A stretch of 63,723 bases of DNA, filler included, from Choristocarpus tenellus KU-1152 (taxonomy: Eukaryota; Protista; Phaeophyceae), in NCBI GenBank assembly GCA_964200185.2. It is 9 parts of 9 records of this genome, joined end to end, with 100 filler letters (N's around TTAATTAATTAA, not from the genome) between each part and the next. Parts side by side here need not be neighbours in the genome. Positions count along the whole stretch, not along the records: positions 11,762 to 14,865 come from CAXNAD020022301.1; positions 14,966 to 26,503 come from CAXNAD020002268.1; 7 more parts are not named here. One strand, 5' to 3'. The translations under genes and the position numbers were made by a program. A model generated the notes under the pieces. The model was not told the DNA's origin. It saw only the letters and a list, made by a program, of their open reading frames with translations, and searched no databases. Each line of letters starts with the position of its first letter. Position 1 is the stretch's first letter. Positions 13,014-25,087 of this stretch are shown here, piece by piece.

Positions 13014-13363
13014 CTACTCATTGTAACCACCCTACTCTACTTCCAAAGAGTTAACAACCCTAACCCTGAACTACACCAAACCAGAATATATGTAAGAATA
13101 TATCAACAGCATGAAAAAACAAGAAAAAACAAGAAAATACAAGAAAAGAAACAAAAAAACAAAAATAGGCAGCACACAAAACACATCTTATTTAACAAAA
13201 CTAAAATATCACTACATGCATACAGGTTGCACAACGCCTCCCAGACCTCAATATCACCACAGCAAAATACTACACAGTATTGAACAGGAAAAAATACATA
13301 TACACGTAAAACATGGAGAAAAAAATAAAACATACATATATATCGAAAATATATATTTACATA

Positions 13364-13533
13364 CATAATAACAATAATAATAACAGCAATAATAATAGCA
13401 ATAATAATAACAATAATAATAATACTAACAATAATAATAATAACAATAATAATAACAATAATAATAATACTAACAATAATAATAATAATAACAATAATAA
13501 TAATAACAATAATAATAATAATAATAATAATAG
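13364..13533. repeat. (AAT/AAC)n trinucleotide microsatellite, intronic
   Basis: Seen directly; produces the spurious poly-N, poly-L and poly-Y ORFs. Confidence 0.97.
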
Positions 13534-13548
13534 TAAGTAAGTGCTTGC

Positions 13549-14743
13549 CTTGGTCCTGAGCGTTGACAGATGCTGAACTTGCATGTCAGACGACGCCGTT
13601 GGCACTGCGAACAAGGCTTTTGTCCGTCGCATTTAACCTTTGATAATAATACAAAAGGAATAAAGAATAAAAAAGAATAAAAAAGAAGAGTGAAAAAAAA
13701 TGAACAAAAAATACAAGATACAAACAAAAAGAATTAAAAAAAACGATAGGTCCCGCGAAGAGAATGAATAAAAAACAAAAAGAATAAAGAACAAGAGTTG
13801 GACAAAAGTAGGAAGGAAGACGATAGATGAGAAACCACGCAAGCGTTATATTTATTAATTAATTGCGGGAGGGGGGGGGTTGGCTCTTGACTGGGTTAGA
13901 GGACCACTCCGGGCATGTTCCTATCCCTCCCAGCAAAGAAATCGACAATCAGCAGAGTGGTATAATGCAGAGGTACATACCAATGATGGTATAAGGCAAT
14001 TCACGTATACCGCCATCGGTTCATTGTGTAGTCTGTCATCTCATTGGCTGGGAAAATCAAAACACTACGTTCGAAAAGAAAATTAATTAAGAAGAAAAAG
14101 AAAAGAGAAATAAGAAAATAAACATTTGATAGAGAATAAAGAGATGTGAAACAAATCAGAAAGGATAGTAGGGTAAAAAAAAAAGAAAAAATACGTCCAC
14201 ACTGTACTGACTCCAAAAAAGTACAGTACCCTCTTCAGTCCCCACTACTGTGAAGTATCATCAAAATGAGACAAAAAGGAATGATACTACTGATGTAACA
14301 CAAAATGCTGTACACTTCGATAAACACAATCTGTTTGACATTAACAAGGTATAGTAGAAGTACCTTCTTGAGTCAACAGACATCCAGATGACCTCTCATA
14401 AAGGTATATTAATACTATGATGCCATCACATACATCGTACAGCTGTAATTATCACCTGACATAAGTAAGGTATAGTAGAAGTACCTTCTTGAGTCAACAG
14501 ACATCCAGATGACCTCTCATAAAGGTACATTAATACTACGATCCATCACATACATTGTACAGCTATAAATACCACCCACCATAAGTAAGGTACAGAAGTA
14601 CCTTACTTATGTTGGCATCCTTTGAAAAGGTAAACTACCACCAAATACAATATACGTCAGCACATATAACAGATGACATCAAAAGGGTACAGTACCTTCT
14701 TTTGGGTGCAGTAGTCGCACGCTCGCCGGAGCTTCTTCCTCGC
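13549..14743 (-). CDS. Zn(II)2Cys6 binuclear-cluster transcription factor, partial; exons 14743-14696 and 13637-13549
   Basis: Spliced translation ARKKLRRACDYCTQKK|VKCDGQKPCSQCQRRRLTCKFSICQRSGPR fits C-x2-C-x6-C-x5-C-x2-C-x6-C. GT-AG intron in phase 0. Confidence 0.9.
14346..14605. repeat. ~120-bp tandem duplication (two copies plus a partial third) in the Zn2Cys6 intron
   Basis: AAGGTATAGTAGAAGTACCTTCTTGAGTCAACAGACATCC starts at 14346 and 14467; partial unit near 14587. Confidence 0.92.
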
Positions 14744-14865
14744 CTGCAGAACACCATCATCTATTCACCATCAACAAGGAAGGGGGGGGGGGGGGGGTGA
14801 GTAAAAATTGTTTAGAATTATTTACAAAAAATTGGTGTTTGGTTTTCTCTCCTCAAAAAAAAAAA

Positions 14866-14965
14866 NNNNNNNNNNNNNNNNNNNNNNNNNNNNNNNNNNN
14901 NNNNNNNNNTTAATTAATTAANNNNNNNNNNNNNNNNNNNNNNNNNNNNNNNNNNNNNNNNNNNN
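14866..14965. other. Artificial assembly linker
   Basis: N44-TTAATTAATTAA-N44. Confidence 0.98.
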
Positions 14966-15086
14966 TTTTTTTTTTTGGGGAAGGTCTTTTCTGGATATGA
15001 TCAATGGAGGCCTTGTTTTTTTCGTTCCCCCTTCCCCTGCCCCCCCCCCCCCCCCCACCCCCCCTTTTGTTTTCTTTTCCTTGTAG

Positions 15087-15185
15087 GCAATAGCCTTCCA
15101 GTCGATTATGTTCCTGCTCTGTGCTTTTGTGTCAACATGGAAAGACCCTGTGACTGGTCCCAAGACGGGCAGGAGACGTCGCTAA
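15087..15185 (+). CDS. Candidate terminal exon of an unknown membrane protein
   Basis: Strong polypyrimidine tract and tag acceptor; reads AIAFQSIMFLLCAFVSTWKDPVTGPKTGRRRR* (hydrophobic helix, basic tail). Confidence 0.4.
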   Translation, partial: AIAFQSIMFLLCAFVSTWKDPVTGPKTGRRRR

Positions 15186-18100
15186 GGAGGCGCGTTTGGC
15201 TTGCTACAGGCAAAACAGGTGCTGGGGGAATGAGATGATGGGAATCCTGCGCTGACCCAAGGCCTCTTCATGGACAACCTGATGTGATGCACCTCTTGGG
15301 GGTGGAGGCTATGTTATGGACTAGATAGTGTAGACTATGTAGACATGCTGACTACTTCTGTCTCGGTTTAATGTGTTCAAAGGAGTTGGAGCTTGGAGGG
15401 TATTGGCCTTGTCTCAGGGGTGGGTCAAGTAGGAGGATCTATAGTTCATGCAATAGTTCATGCCAGACCACGCCGTTAGTGCAATGAATTTGTGTTGCCC
15501 TCCTTGTTGCACCACCATTATTCTTTTGACTTGACTACTCCTTGTTGCCCCCAAGGGTATTTCCCTACGCTATCCAAAGTTGTAGGAAGTGGGAGAGTAG
15601 AGTTGATATCTTTTGCATGTCTTAGCTCATTCCTGTCTGTTCATGGAGGTTTTTATGAACGATCGATCGCAGCAAGTCCTTACCAGCATGTGTTGGGTGT
15701 ATCACCAATCTGAACAACCAATGAGTGATTTGATACTGTTTTTTGTAGAGTTGTGATGCATACAATGTGGGGTATCATTGATACCAATTTTCCCAGCACG
15801 GAGTGGGAGACATGGCTATCGTAGAAATTTTGATTAGAACTGACAGGAGCGAAGAGGGAGAGCTTGAAAGGATCAGTTGGCTTTGCTTACTGCATTCAGT
15901 GTGTGACATAGTAGAGCCTCCACATTGGCCATGCGGCCCACTTGCTTGTCTTCTGCAGGATGAGTTGTCGCACTTGTGAAATATCATGCACAACTTGCTG
16001 CTTTGATTTTGGGGGTTTTTCAGTGTTGATTTTTGACTTCTCATGGAGACTTTTGCTGAGAGTCAAGTATCAAGAAGGTGGTCACACAATCTACCACTTT
16101 CCTATAATATTGGTGAAGTATGCCTTAAGCAATCAATCAAAGCACCCTACATTGATGAGGTCATCAAGAGGCACTGCCGCAACTAGTCCTTGATCCTCAA
16201 GGCTGTATACCTTGCAACATTTCTCTGTGCATCATCGTGGACATGATGAGTTGGGGTAGCAATGGTTTTGTGCTCCAGTGGAGCAAGGTAAGGTAAATGA
16301 CACTACAGATTTGACCACAAATTAGAGATTTCCTCCAAGTAGATATTGTGAGGTATACCTCCAATGTACACATATACCACTGATGGTATAGTATATTTGA
16401 TACTTCATACCATCATCAGTTCCTTTCACAGTAGCAGTTGTACTATTCTTTTTTCACTTCTATGTATAGTATCTTGAAACACCCATACACCCCTGGGCAA
16501 GAAAAGCACTACTACTGTAACCATCACAAGTTTGTGTTGATTTGAAGGGGGCAACAGAAATCCGTTTGTGCCCATGGGTGCTCATCACCAATCCAGGCAT
16601 GTAACAAATGGAAGGGAAGGAGTGCATATATATATATATGTATGATGGTAGTTTGGTTGCAATTCCTCTACCACCTTCACACATCCTCTTCTTGTCCTCA
16701 TTATCTCACACCTTGTAGAATTGTTGATACCTTCAAGAGCCTGTTTGGTACATGATTTGGTACATGAACCAAGGCAAAAATCTTCGGGACAACAAAATTT
16801 GATGACAAATCAGGATATTTCTGCCAGATGTGGAGAATTTCGGCAGATCTGTATGGTGCAATATAACCTACACTAACAACATATATACAAATAGCAGGAT
16901 GTACTCTTATAATACATACTGTCAGAAGTTTCTTTTGACAGTACTCCACCAACACTGGAAATTTAGTACTTTCTACCCTAGTATAATAATCCCATAGCAT
17001 TCAAGGACGTTTCAGGTATGTACAAGGGTCACACTCCAGCCAACACTGCCAATAAAACACAGTAGGTCCTCTTCATACATGGGAGTAGAGTGAATGGCAA
17101 GGTCGGTGAGTACAGGTGCAATAGCTTGTTGGTATTGCACTTATTGTCTGATGCATCAGTGGAACAAGATGCTTTGATGTGGTTGACTATAGTGTGACAC
17201 AGGTTGGGAAGAAAACAATGCTCCTTGGAAGGATGTGTAAGTTGTACGTTCTACAGTCCCCACATTATCTTATCTGTTTGGATGGTCTCATAGTGGAGTT
17301 TACCCAACCAGGATTACTATCCATCTTCAATCCAGTCAAAGCAATGATACAAAAAGGTATTTGTTTATGTTGCCACCACCAAGGGGTAACATCAGTATTA
17401 CCAGTGCCTGGAAATCACCATTTAATTTTGTCAATCATTGACTGAGGTGTGTGTTGTTTGAGCATGTGCTGGCAGGTTCAAAGTTGAGGAGGGCAGAGGC
17501 AAAGGGTACTGTGGTGAGGTTGTGAACTTGACGTTTGGCTGGGTGGTTACAACATTGTTGACACATGCAAAATAGTTTTTATGTATCACGTCTATATTCA
17601 CATTTAAAGAATCCTCGTAATGCTCAAGGAACTGATCATGTATCATTGCAAAGGTCCAAGTCCAAATTCTGCTGGACAAGATAAGATACAACCACAACAA
17701 AGATATCCTGACTTCAAAAATAATCCTGACTGGATTTATTCCAACACACCAACCAGCCCTTTTAAATTACTTTTTTTGTCAGTCGAAAGGCAACTTTGTT
17801 GTTGGAACCTAACAGTTCTATGCGCTCACTCATCAAGCTGTTGAGAATACAGTGTTCATATAATAACACAATTAGTTCTTAGGTATGACAGTTACATTGT
17901 GTCTCATACAGCACCTCGCCCCCCCTATCCCCAACATCCACTTCCAATACGTAGTAATGCCTAGTAGGGTTCAGTCACTTTGCGCCCCCCCCACTCCAAC
18001 TATCACCCAGTGTAGTTCTTGCCATCCATGTTGTGTATTTAAGGAAGGTTGGAATTGGCATCACATGATACATTAGACCTCCCCTCCCTCTTAATCTCAG

Positions 18101-18619
18101 GACTGTAATACACACAACTTATATATCATTTCAACCAGCATCATTTTTTCCCCCACCTGTGTCACACTATAGTCAACCACATCAAAAGCATCTTGTCCCA
18201 CTGACGCACAAGACAATTAAGTGCAATGCCAACTAGCGATTGCACCCGCATTCACTGCCCTTGCCATTCCTGCAGAAAAGCTTTCTACTCCCCTCAGTTC
18301 CCTAACACTATATATGCACGAGTGCAGGAAAGTATGCACTCTTGACAAACCCATGCACACAAACCTGTATCAAACAAGTACACACACACACAAAACTATG
18401 TAGAAGAAAAGGCACCTTCAACGCCAAAGTAAAAACAAAAAAAAACACAAATTTTACGGACCAATTACTGCGTGGAACACGATACACGAAACTAAAGACG
18501 GATCATAATAGAAAGGACACCTTCCCCAAAACACACACACACACAAAATGCACAAGCAAGCATGAGCACTTAAACAAAACACAAAACACATAACGGCACT
18601 ATTTTTGTTCGTCTTTGTC

Positions 18620-21600
18620 TTATTCCACCTCTGCACCCTTAGTACGAGGAGATAGAGGCCACTTTGGCATGGAGGGAACCTCAAAACGAGGGGATCGTGG
18701 CCACTTTGGCATCGTAATGGGGGTTCCCCCGGGAGATTTTGGCTTGCTGGCCCAGTTCATTACCTCTGCCCACTTGGACTTGGCCATCTCCTTAACTGTC
18801 TGTCCTGCACCAGCCCTGGGAGAGCCTCCCTGTTCTTCCCTCTCCTCTCCCCCCCACACCCTTCCTGCTCCCCTACCCCTGGTGTTTGAGCCAGTCTCCT
18901 CCAGTGTTGACCACTCTCGGAAAAACCCTGGGCCTGAGGGCTCGATGGTGATATCATCGCACTCACCCTTCTTGAACTCCTTTTCGTCCCTCTCCTCCTC
19001 CCTCTCCTCCTTACCGTGGTCATGTCCACAACTAAGATGCTCAAGATCGCACCTATTGTGGATGTCACCCGCATCCTCTTGACTTTCTTCATCTTCATCA
19101 TCCTCCTCCTGTTGACTTTCTTCTCCATCATCATCGTCATCACCATCCATACTTTCATCATCACTGAGCCCATGCCCATGACCACAGGCAAGGTGACCAT
19201 GTCCACAGCTAAAGCGTGGGTTCCCATTTTCATCCCTCTCCTCCCCCTCCTTCACCACACCCTCAATGAAGTCCTCCTCTGAACCATCATCCATCGTTGT
19301 GTATCCTCCCCCATCAGACGACCCGTTGACAGTAGCCCCAGGACTGAGGCCTGTGGCAACAGAGGCATTGATATTTTCTGTGTCACTATGTTTCTCAGAA
19401 TGGTTATCTTCACCCCTCTCATACTCCTCATCGCCCCCCAGTCCATCAGTCCACCCCTCAGCTGTTGCCTCCGCCTTACGCCTAGCTTCAGACGCTTCTT
19501 CTTCTTCAGGTAGGTCATATGCCCCATACTCAGAAAGCAGTGTCCGCATTTTCAGGCGCATCTCAACCTCCAGGCCTGTGTGGAACTCCCGACCTCGAAC
19601 ACGGAGGGTAAGTCCCAGGCAGCGTGGGTCAGCCTCCATCCACAGGAGGGACTCTGCCTCCTTGAGCATCCCATAATAGCATGCCACTCGAAGAGCATTG
19701 TTGTAATCCATACGAAAAATGACACTCCCTGCACAGAGCCAACAAACATGCACAGGAGAGTCCGGGGAAGAGAGGTGGTAGGGCAGGCACAACAAGGGAC
19801 AACAGGGGAGAGAACAGAACACAGGGAACAAGAGAGAAACACAACAAAGTGGAAAAAAGAAAGAAAAAAAAATGGAAGGGAGAAGGGAGAGGAAAAGGAG
19901 ACGGAGAGAAGGACAGAGGGAAGAAGGAAGAAAGAAGAGAAGAGAAGAGAAGAAAAGAGAAGAAAAAAGAAGAAAAGAGAAGAAAAGAGAAAAAAAAGGG
20001 AGGGGAATGTCGAGTGGAGCGGAGTGAAGGAGAGCGTGGAACATGAAGGTCATTGGTGCACAGAAAGCACAAGAGATGTGCAGAGATGGTACTGGGCACA
20101 CATCATGTTATTGTGTTACAGGGCGATGAAGAAGGTGACTAAGGAGAGGAAGGGGCGGAGGGGCACAGGAAAGTGGAAATGAGCTGAAATGGGAGAGGGT
20201 ATAGTGAGAGGAGAAGGAGTTTGTAGATAGGGGAGCATAATGCAAGTGGAACGGCATAGAACAGGAAGGAGAATGAGGGATGAGGAGACAGGATGTGGTG
20301 AGAGTAGGGACAGGGAGGTTAAGGAAGGACCCTAGAAAGATAAATAAATAATTTTTGGGAATATGAACTGCACACAGTCCAGAATATAAATGCAATATAG
20401 TTGCCAGGGATTCAGAGGGAAGAGGTTGGTTAGCTTACGTGTTGGAATCATGAAAACATCTTAAACCTCCAGGGCATTGTGTTCATTCTGCTACACATTG
20501 GATGCGAGGCTCTCCACTACCGTCCAAAACACCATTGGTGTTCAAGGTCTCGTAGCTGTAGTATTAAAAAGGTAAGTAATCCACAGTTGTAACGCAATCA
20601 CAAACAAAAAAAGATTAGTAACGTGGCTGTGGCTCAGAACCAACTATCCAACAAAAAGAAAGAACAAAACGACAAAATCAGTAATACTCCAATTGCCTTT
20701 TTCTTTAAGGATACATTACGACTTAGTGCTTAAAGGTAGAAAGGTCTTGAAAAAAGACAAATTATCATCATTCCCAGCAGGAGTGGTGTTCACCAGCAAG
20801 TATATGTTCTGAAACTGTTGTCAGCAATAAAATTTGAACCGCGTCATGTACAACAATTGAAGATGGAATTGCAAAGGTATAGAACAACAAGACCACTCAC
20901 CACGAGACAAGAGAAATGGTACGAGATGGTCATTACCCCGGAGGAAGGCATCTAGCATCATGCATTCCATGCCATGTTATGCCATACAGTGTCATTGTAT
21001 GACATGGTTTGTAAAAGAGCCGAGTTGTCAGGTGGGTTGTCAGGTGAGTTCGAAATGGTGACGAAGTTCATTTCTGAGCGCAACGCATTGTGACTTGGAT
21101 ATGAGATACAAGCATTTCAAATGAGCAAGAAATCGTCATTTTTGACAGAGTTGCAACTTCTCCAACCAACTACACATAACAAAAAGACTGCCGGCAAAGT
21201 CCTCATCTCTTCATTGAAATAGCAGGTAACATGGACATGAATAATAGAAGACATGGTGAAACGTGTGTTATATTTTCTTGATAGGATACTTACAAAAAAT
21301 AGGAGTTGCACGATTATTGTCTAGGGCGTCCACATCTGCCCCTGCCTGGAGGAGCATCCTGACGATTGGCAGACTGTCCGGTGCCGCACTTGCCAGGTGT
21401 AATGCTGTCAAGCCATTGTTGTCTTTGATATTTGAGTCAGCCCCACTCTCAAGTAGTTCTGCAAGGATTTTGCGGTGGCCTCCATACACCGCACAGTGTA
21501 TAGGTGCAGTACCTTGCTTGTCGGCGTGCCGCCAATCGATGTCAATGCCCAGTGTCTTCCCGCTCCTGATAAACAGCTTGGTCACGTCAGTTTGACCCTG

Positions 21601-22350
21601 TTCCACAGCATCATACAGAAGCGTATTTCCATCCTTGAGACGATTGCAAGCGGCCTCCATCCTCCCCAGTAACTCCTCCACTATGTGAGCGTGCCCGGCC
21701 TTAGCGGCCAGATTCACGCAGGTGTGGCCCTCGGAGTTTTCGGATTCAAGGTCGGCCCCGGAATCCAGAAGGGTCTGAACAAGCTCGAGGCTACCGGAAC
21801 GGCAGCTCAGAGCTAAGGCAGTGGTACCTTGAAAGTCTATAATTTTCTTATTGGCACCCTTGGCCATAAGTTGCCGAACGACAGTCGCCCGGCCATGCTC
21901 GATGGCCCGCAGGAGAGGAGTCATTCCCTTACCATCACGAGCCTCGAGTGCGCTGCCTCGGTGGAGCAACTCCATCACAGTTGCAAGCCGCCCCCGACAG
22001 CATGCAACGTGCAAGGGTATCGAACCGTCTCGTGAAATGGCACTGGGATCCGCCCCATAGCGGAGGAGTATCCGAACAACATTAGGGGTGCTAGTAGCAG
22101 CAGCGATATGTAGTGGAGTGTTGCTGTCCTTTACTGACCGGAAATTAACAGCTTTACCAACGACGGGGTGCTTGAGAAGCTCGGCCATGATCTCCCCATT
22201 GGTCCCTTTGCTAGCCACATGCACAGGAGTCAAAGTACAACCCTTTCCCGACCACCATATCCACCTGTCCTGATCACCCCACGCCTGTAGGCAATCGCGA
22301 ACCATTACGACATCCTTTTGTCGCAAAGCTCGGTAGAGCTCCGGCTCCAT
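18620..22350 (-). CDS. Ankyrin-repeat protein with acidic low-complexity C-terminus; exons 22350-21294 and 19728-18620
   Basis: About nine ANK repeats (TPVHVAS, TPLHIAA, IPLHVAC, TPLLRAI, TALHLAS). Donor T|gtaagt at 21294 is phase-compatible with acceptor cag|GG at 19728. Last exon starts with ANK-like NNALRVACYYG. Small intervening exons are not excluded. Confidence 0.85.
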
Positions 22351-22792
22351 TATTCAGCTGGTGGGAAACGACCGTGCGACTCAGAGTAGTGTTGAAGGAT
22401 CCAATCACGACTGGGAGAAGGGGGTAAGGGACGTGTGCAGCAGTGGTGTGCGACGAAGTGGGTAGAATTGATCATCGTAGCAGTAGTGAAGATTTTAAGA
22501 TCGGGTGGCGAGGTTCCCGAGGGTCCTGAGAGCGTTAACGTCTGACAGAAAGAAAAAAGAAAAATATATAGCATTACAATACATCCATCCATACGTCCAT
22601 TATTCTTCCAATATCCTAAATGAAGTTGTTTTTCTGGTCGATGAGAGGAAATATGTTCCACAAGAACCATGTAGTAGTGGTGGCAGTGAATTCTAGTCAC
22701 AGCAAAGCCTAACTACTTTGCTGTGGTGAAAATTACTCTTTCCTGTGTTGTGTAAAGAGTATTGTTCGGTGCCATTTTAAGCTCCCGTTGAC

Positions 22793-23650
22793 ATGGGGGG
22801 GGGAGAGGAACTCGACAAGGAAATGATAGTCGAAAGGATTCGGGAGTACGAAGGATGGGTCGAGACTGTCCTCGTACCTGTTCTCAAGCGATACCGAGAC
22901 CGGTGAGATGAAGGAGGCGTACGAGGTTTGCAAATTAACCTTGAGATTGGTAGTATATTGAAATCAGATCAAGGGTTGAGATATCACAACCTTTACCCGT
23001 AACCAAACTATCTCATTTGCATGGCAGGAAAGATAAACTGTCCCAGGAGATGGCACACTATGATGATATGAAGAGTCAACTTGCGGGTATCCTAGCTAGG
23101 GAGCCCGGGACTCCCTTGGAAACCATGGCAGAACTGGGGCCTGATTGTTATGTCATGGCGAAGGTGATCAAATGTATTTTGCCCCCTAGTTCTTCGCTCC
23201 ATCACAAGACATTTCACTTCAAAACTGAGTTGTCAAGCACTAATTGTCTGTTGTAGCTAATGAGACCTCGGCACACATGTTATTTGGAGTCACATTATTG
23301 CGCACATTGTATGCATGTCCAATGTGTGCAAACCTCTCGCCGCGCAACATTTTCGTACATGATAGGTGGCTGACCCTAGTCGAGTATTCGTCCATGTGGC
23401 GATGGGATTCCATGTTGAGTTCACAGTGGAAGAGGCAATGACTTTTGCTGACCAGAAGAAGAAGAGCCTAACTCAGACCATCAATGGACTGAGACGTTTG
23501 GAGCTGGAGGTGGAGGGTGACCTGAAGTCTGCCTCGGACATGATAAGCTGCCTTCGACAAGAGACAAGCACTTTGCCCCCAAGGCGTTCGAGAAATCTGT
23601 ACGGGATGACACCACAATGTGGCCCACGAGTGGCAAGAGGGGAAGGATGA
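22793..23650 (+). CDS. UXT: UXT (prefoldin alpha-like subunit of the PAQosome); exons 22793-22902, 23028-23163, 23366-23650
   Basis: Spliced product ERIREYEGWVETVL...ETMAELGPDCYVMAK|VADPSRVFVHVAMGFHVEFTVEEAMTFADQK matches the UXT pattern. Canonical GT-AG introns in phase. Confidence 0.88.
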
Positions 23651-24892
23651 GGACATGATCTGCACTTTTTTTCGTCTCTCGGAGGCACAACCCACCCAAC
23701 AAAATCGTGGATATCCAGTTCGTCTGTCTCGTTCTGCCTGGTCGTCCAGTCAGAGAGTGATTGCAGCTATTGCCATGGACGAGGTTAAAACATCCAAATC
23801 CAACAGAGAGACACCAAGTGTTTTTCAACGATTGGGACCTGAGGAGAATAAGGAAAACGTGTAATTGCAGTACATCTATTGAGTAGCTATAGGTGAAGAG
23901 GAAAGTGATGGGTACCTTCTATACTACCTATACTGTGACTGGAAGAGAGCTTAAGTGAGGTTGCAGATTCAGGGACAGATCTTTTCGACTGGCAAACTGG
24001 CAGTCCTTCACCAGCAAAGTACATTTGGTTGGTTGCTATTTTTAAGTCAATGTCCCCAGTGTTCCAACCAGCACCAACCTTTGCTCTCCCCACCACCACT
24101 CTAAGCAAGGGGTTAGACACAATGCTAGAGAGGTAATTGCAGTGCCCACATATACGACTCAGGGTTGGCCACTCTATGGAAATCAGGATGGTGCTGCCCG
24201 CCTTGTGATACAATTCGTTCCTGCAACTGCTGAGCCTATCGAGACACCCACACACTCACAGCAAGTCAGACATCATTTGGGGGAATAGGATCAATTTACC
24301 CAAGAGTTGCCCTTGAAATCAAAGATGAGAAGAAAACCTACCTTGTCCCTGCTGCTGTAAGTTCAGCTGAGTACACTGATCTAAGGTAGTAGTTACTCTC
24401 TGGTGTTGACTGTGTAGTTAGCGGTGTCCAATGGTATGCAGTAGGTGCCCTCAGACACCTGATCTGGACCACGACCAATCCAATCATGATTTCAAAGTGA
24501 AGTGCAGTAGGCAAGTGGTCCTCATGTTCTTGAACTATCCCTGTGGATATTGCATTTTGGTTGTACTTCGTGTTGAATGGGGATTTTGACTTGGACCCTT
24601 CACTAGATGCAAGCACTTGACTTATGTACACGGTTTGACCCCAGTAGTATGTACCCAAAAGTGGCACCACTGCTCTTTTCTGTGTATTCAGTGCATCAAC
24701 ATTCTAGAAGTTTATATAGTAAATGGGTAGTTTAAATCAAACAGATGTGGACATCCAATGAAGGTTTGTGTGGTAGTGCTTGCTCATCTTTGTAGTTCAA
24801 TTGTGCCTACAAGTAAAAAAGAAAGCACTCATCTCCTGACCTGAATCGTAATGCTAAGGGCAGTTCCTAACAACAGAAATATCATATATAGA

Positions 24893-25087
24893 TAGATAGA
24901 TTCCATCTACCCAAATATAAACATATTCCTTTGATGATAAATCTTTCTTTTGCCATACTATATATTCCTCATACCAACCAGATTTTAGCCTTGATATGAT
25001 ATTTGGAGACTTATTTTTTGGCTTCTTCCCTAATATTGGCTCAAAGCTATTAGCAAATTCTGATGTGGATATTCCTTTCAGGTATAT
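24893..25087 (-). mobile_element. Bacterial IS256-family transposase fragment (~65 aa)
   Basis: IYLKGISTSEFANSFEPILGKKPKNKSPNIISRLKSGWYEEYIVWQKKDLSSKEYVYIWVDGIYL matches the IS256 segment YLxGxST...SxxxISRL...WxxRDL...YxYxWxDGxY, which includes the first catalytic Asp. About 28% GC over 24901-24960. Confidence 0.85.

Noticed and set aside
13313-13540. Poly-Asn, poly-Leu and poly-Tyr ORFs
   Set aside because: Translations of an AAT microsatellite.
16701-17000. Possible hAT dimerisation-domain relic (WDYY...KFPVL)
   Set aside because: Resemblance too weak to call without an HMM search.
19729-20182. Phe/Leu/Ser-rich N-terminus of the 493-aa ORF and the antisense Lys/Arg/Glu-rich ORF
   Set aside because: Intronic polypyrimidine tract upstream of the acceptor at 19729.
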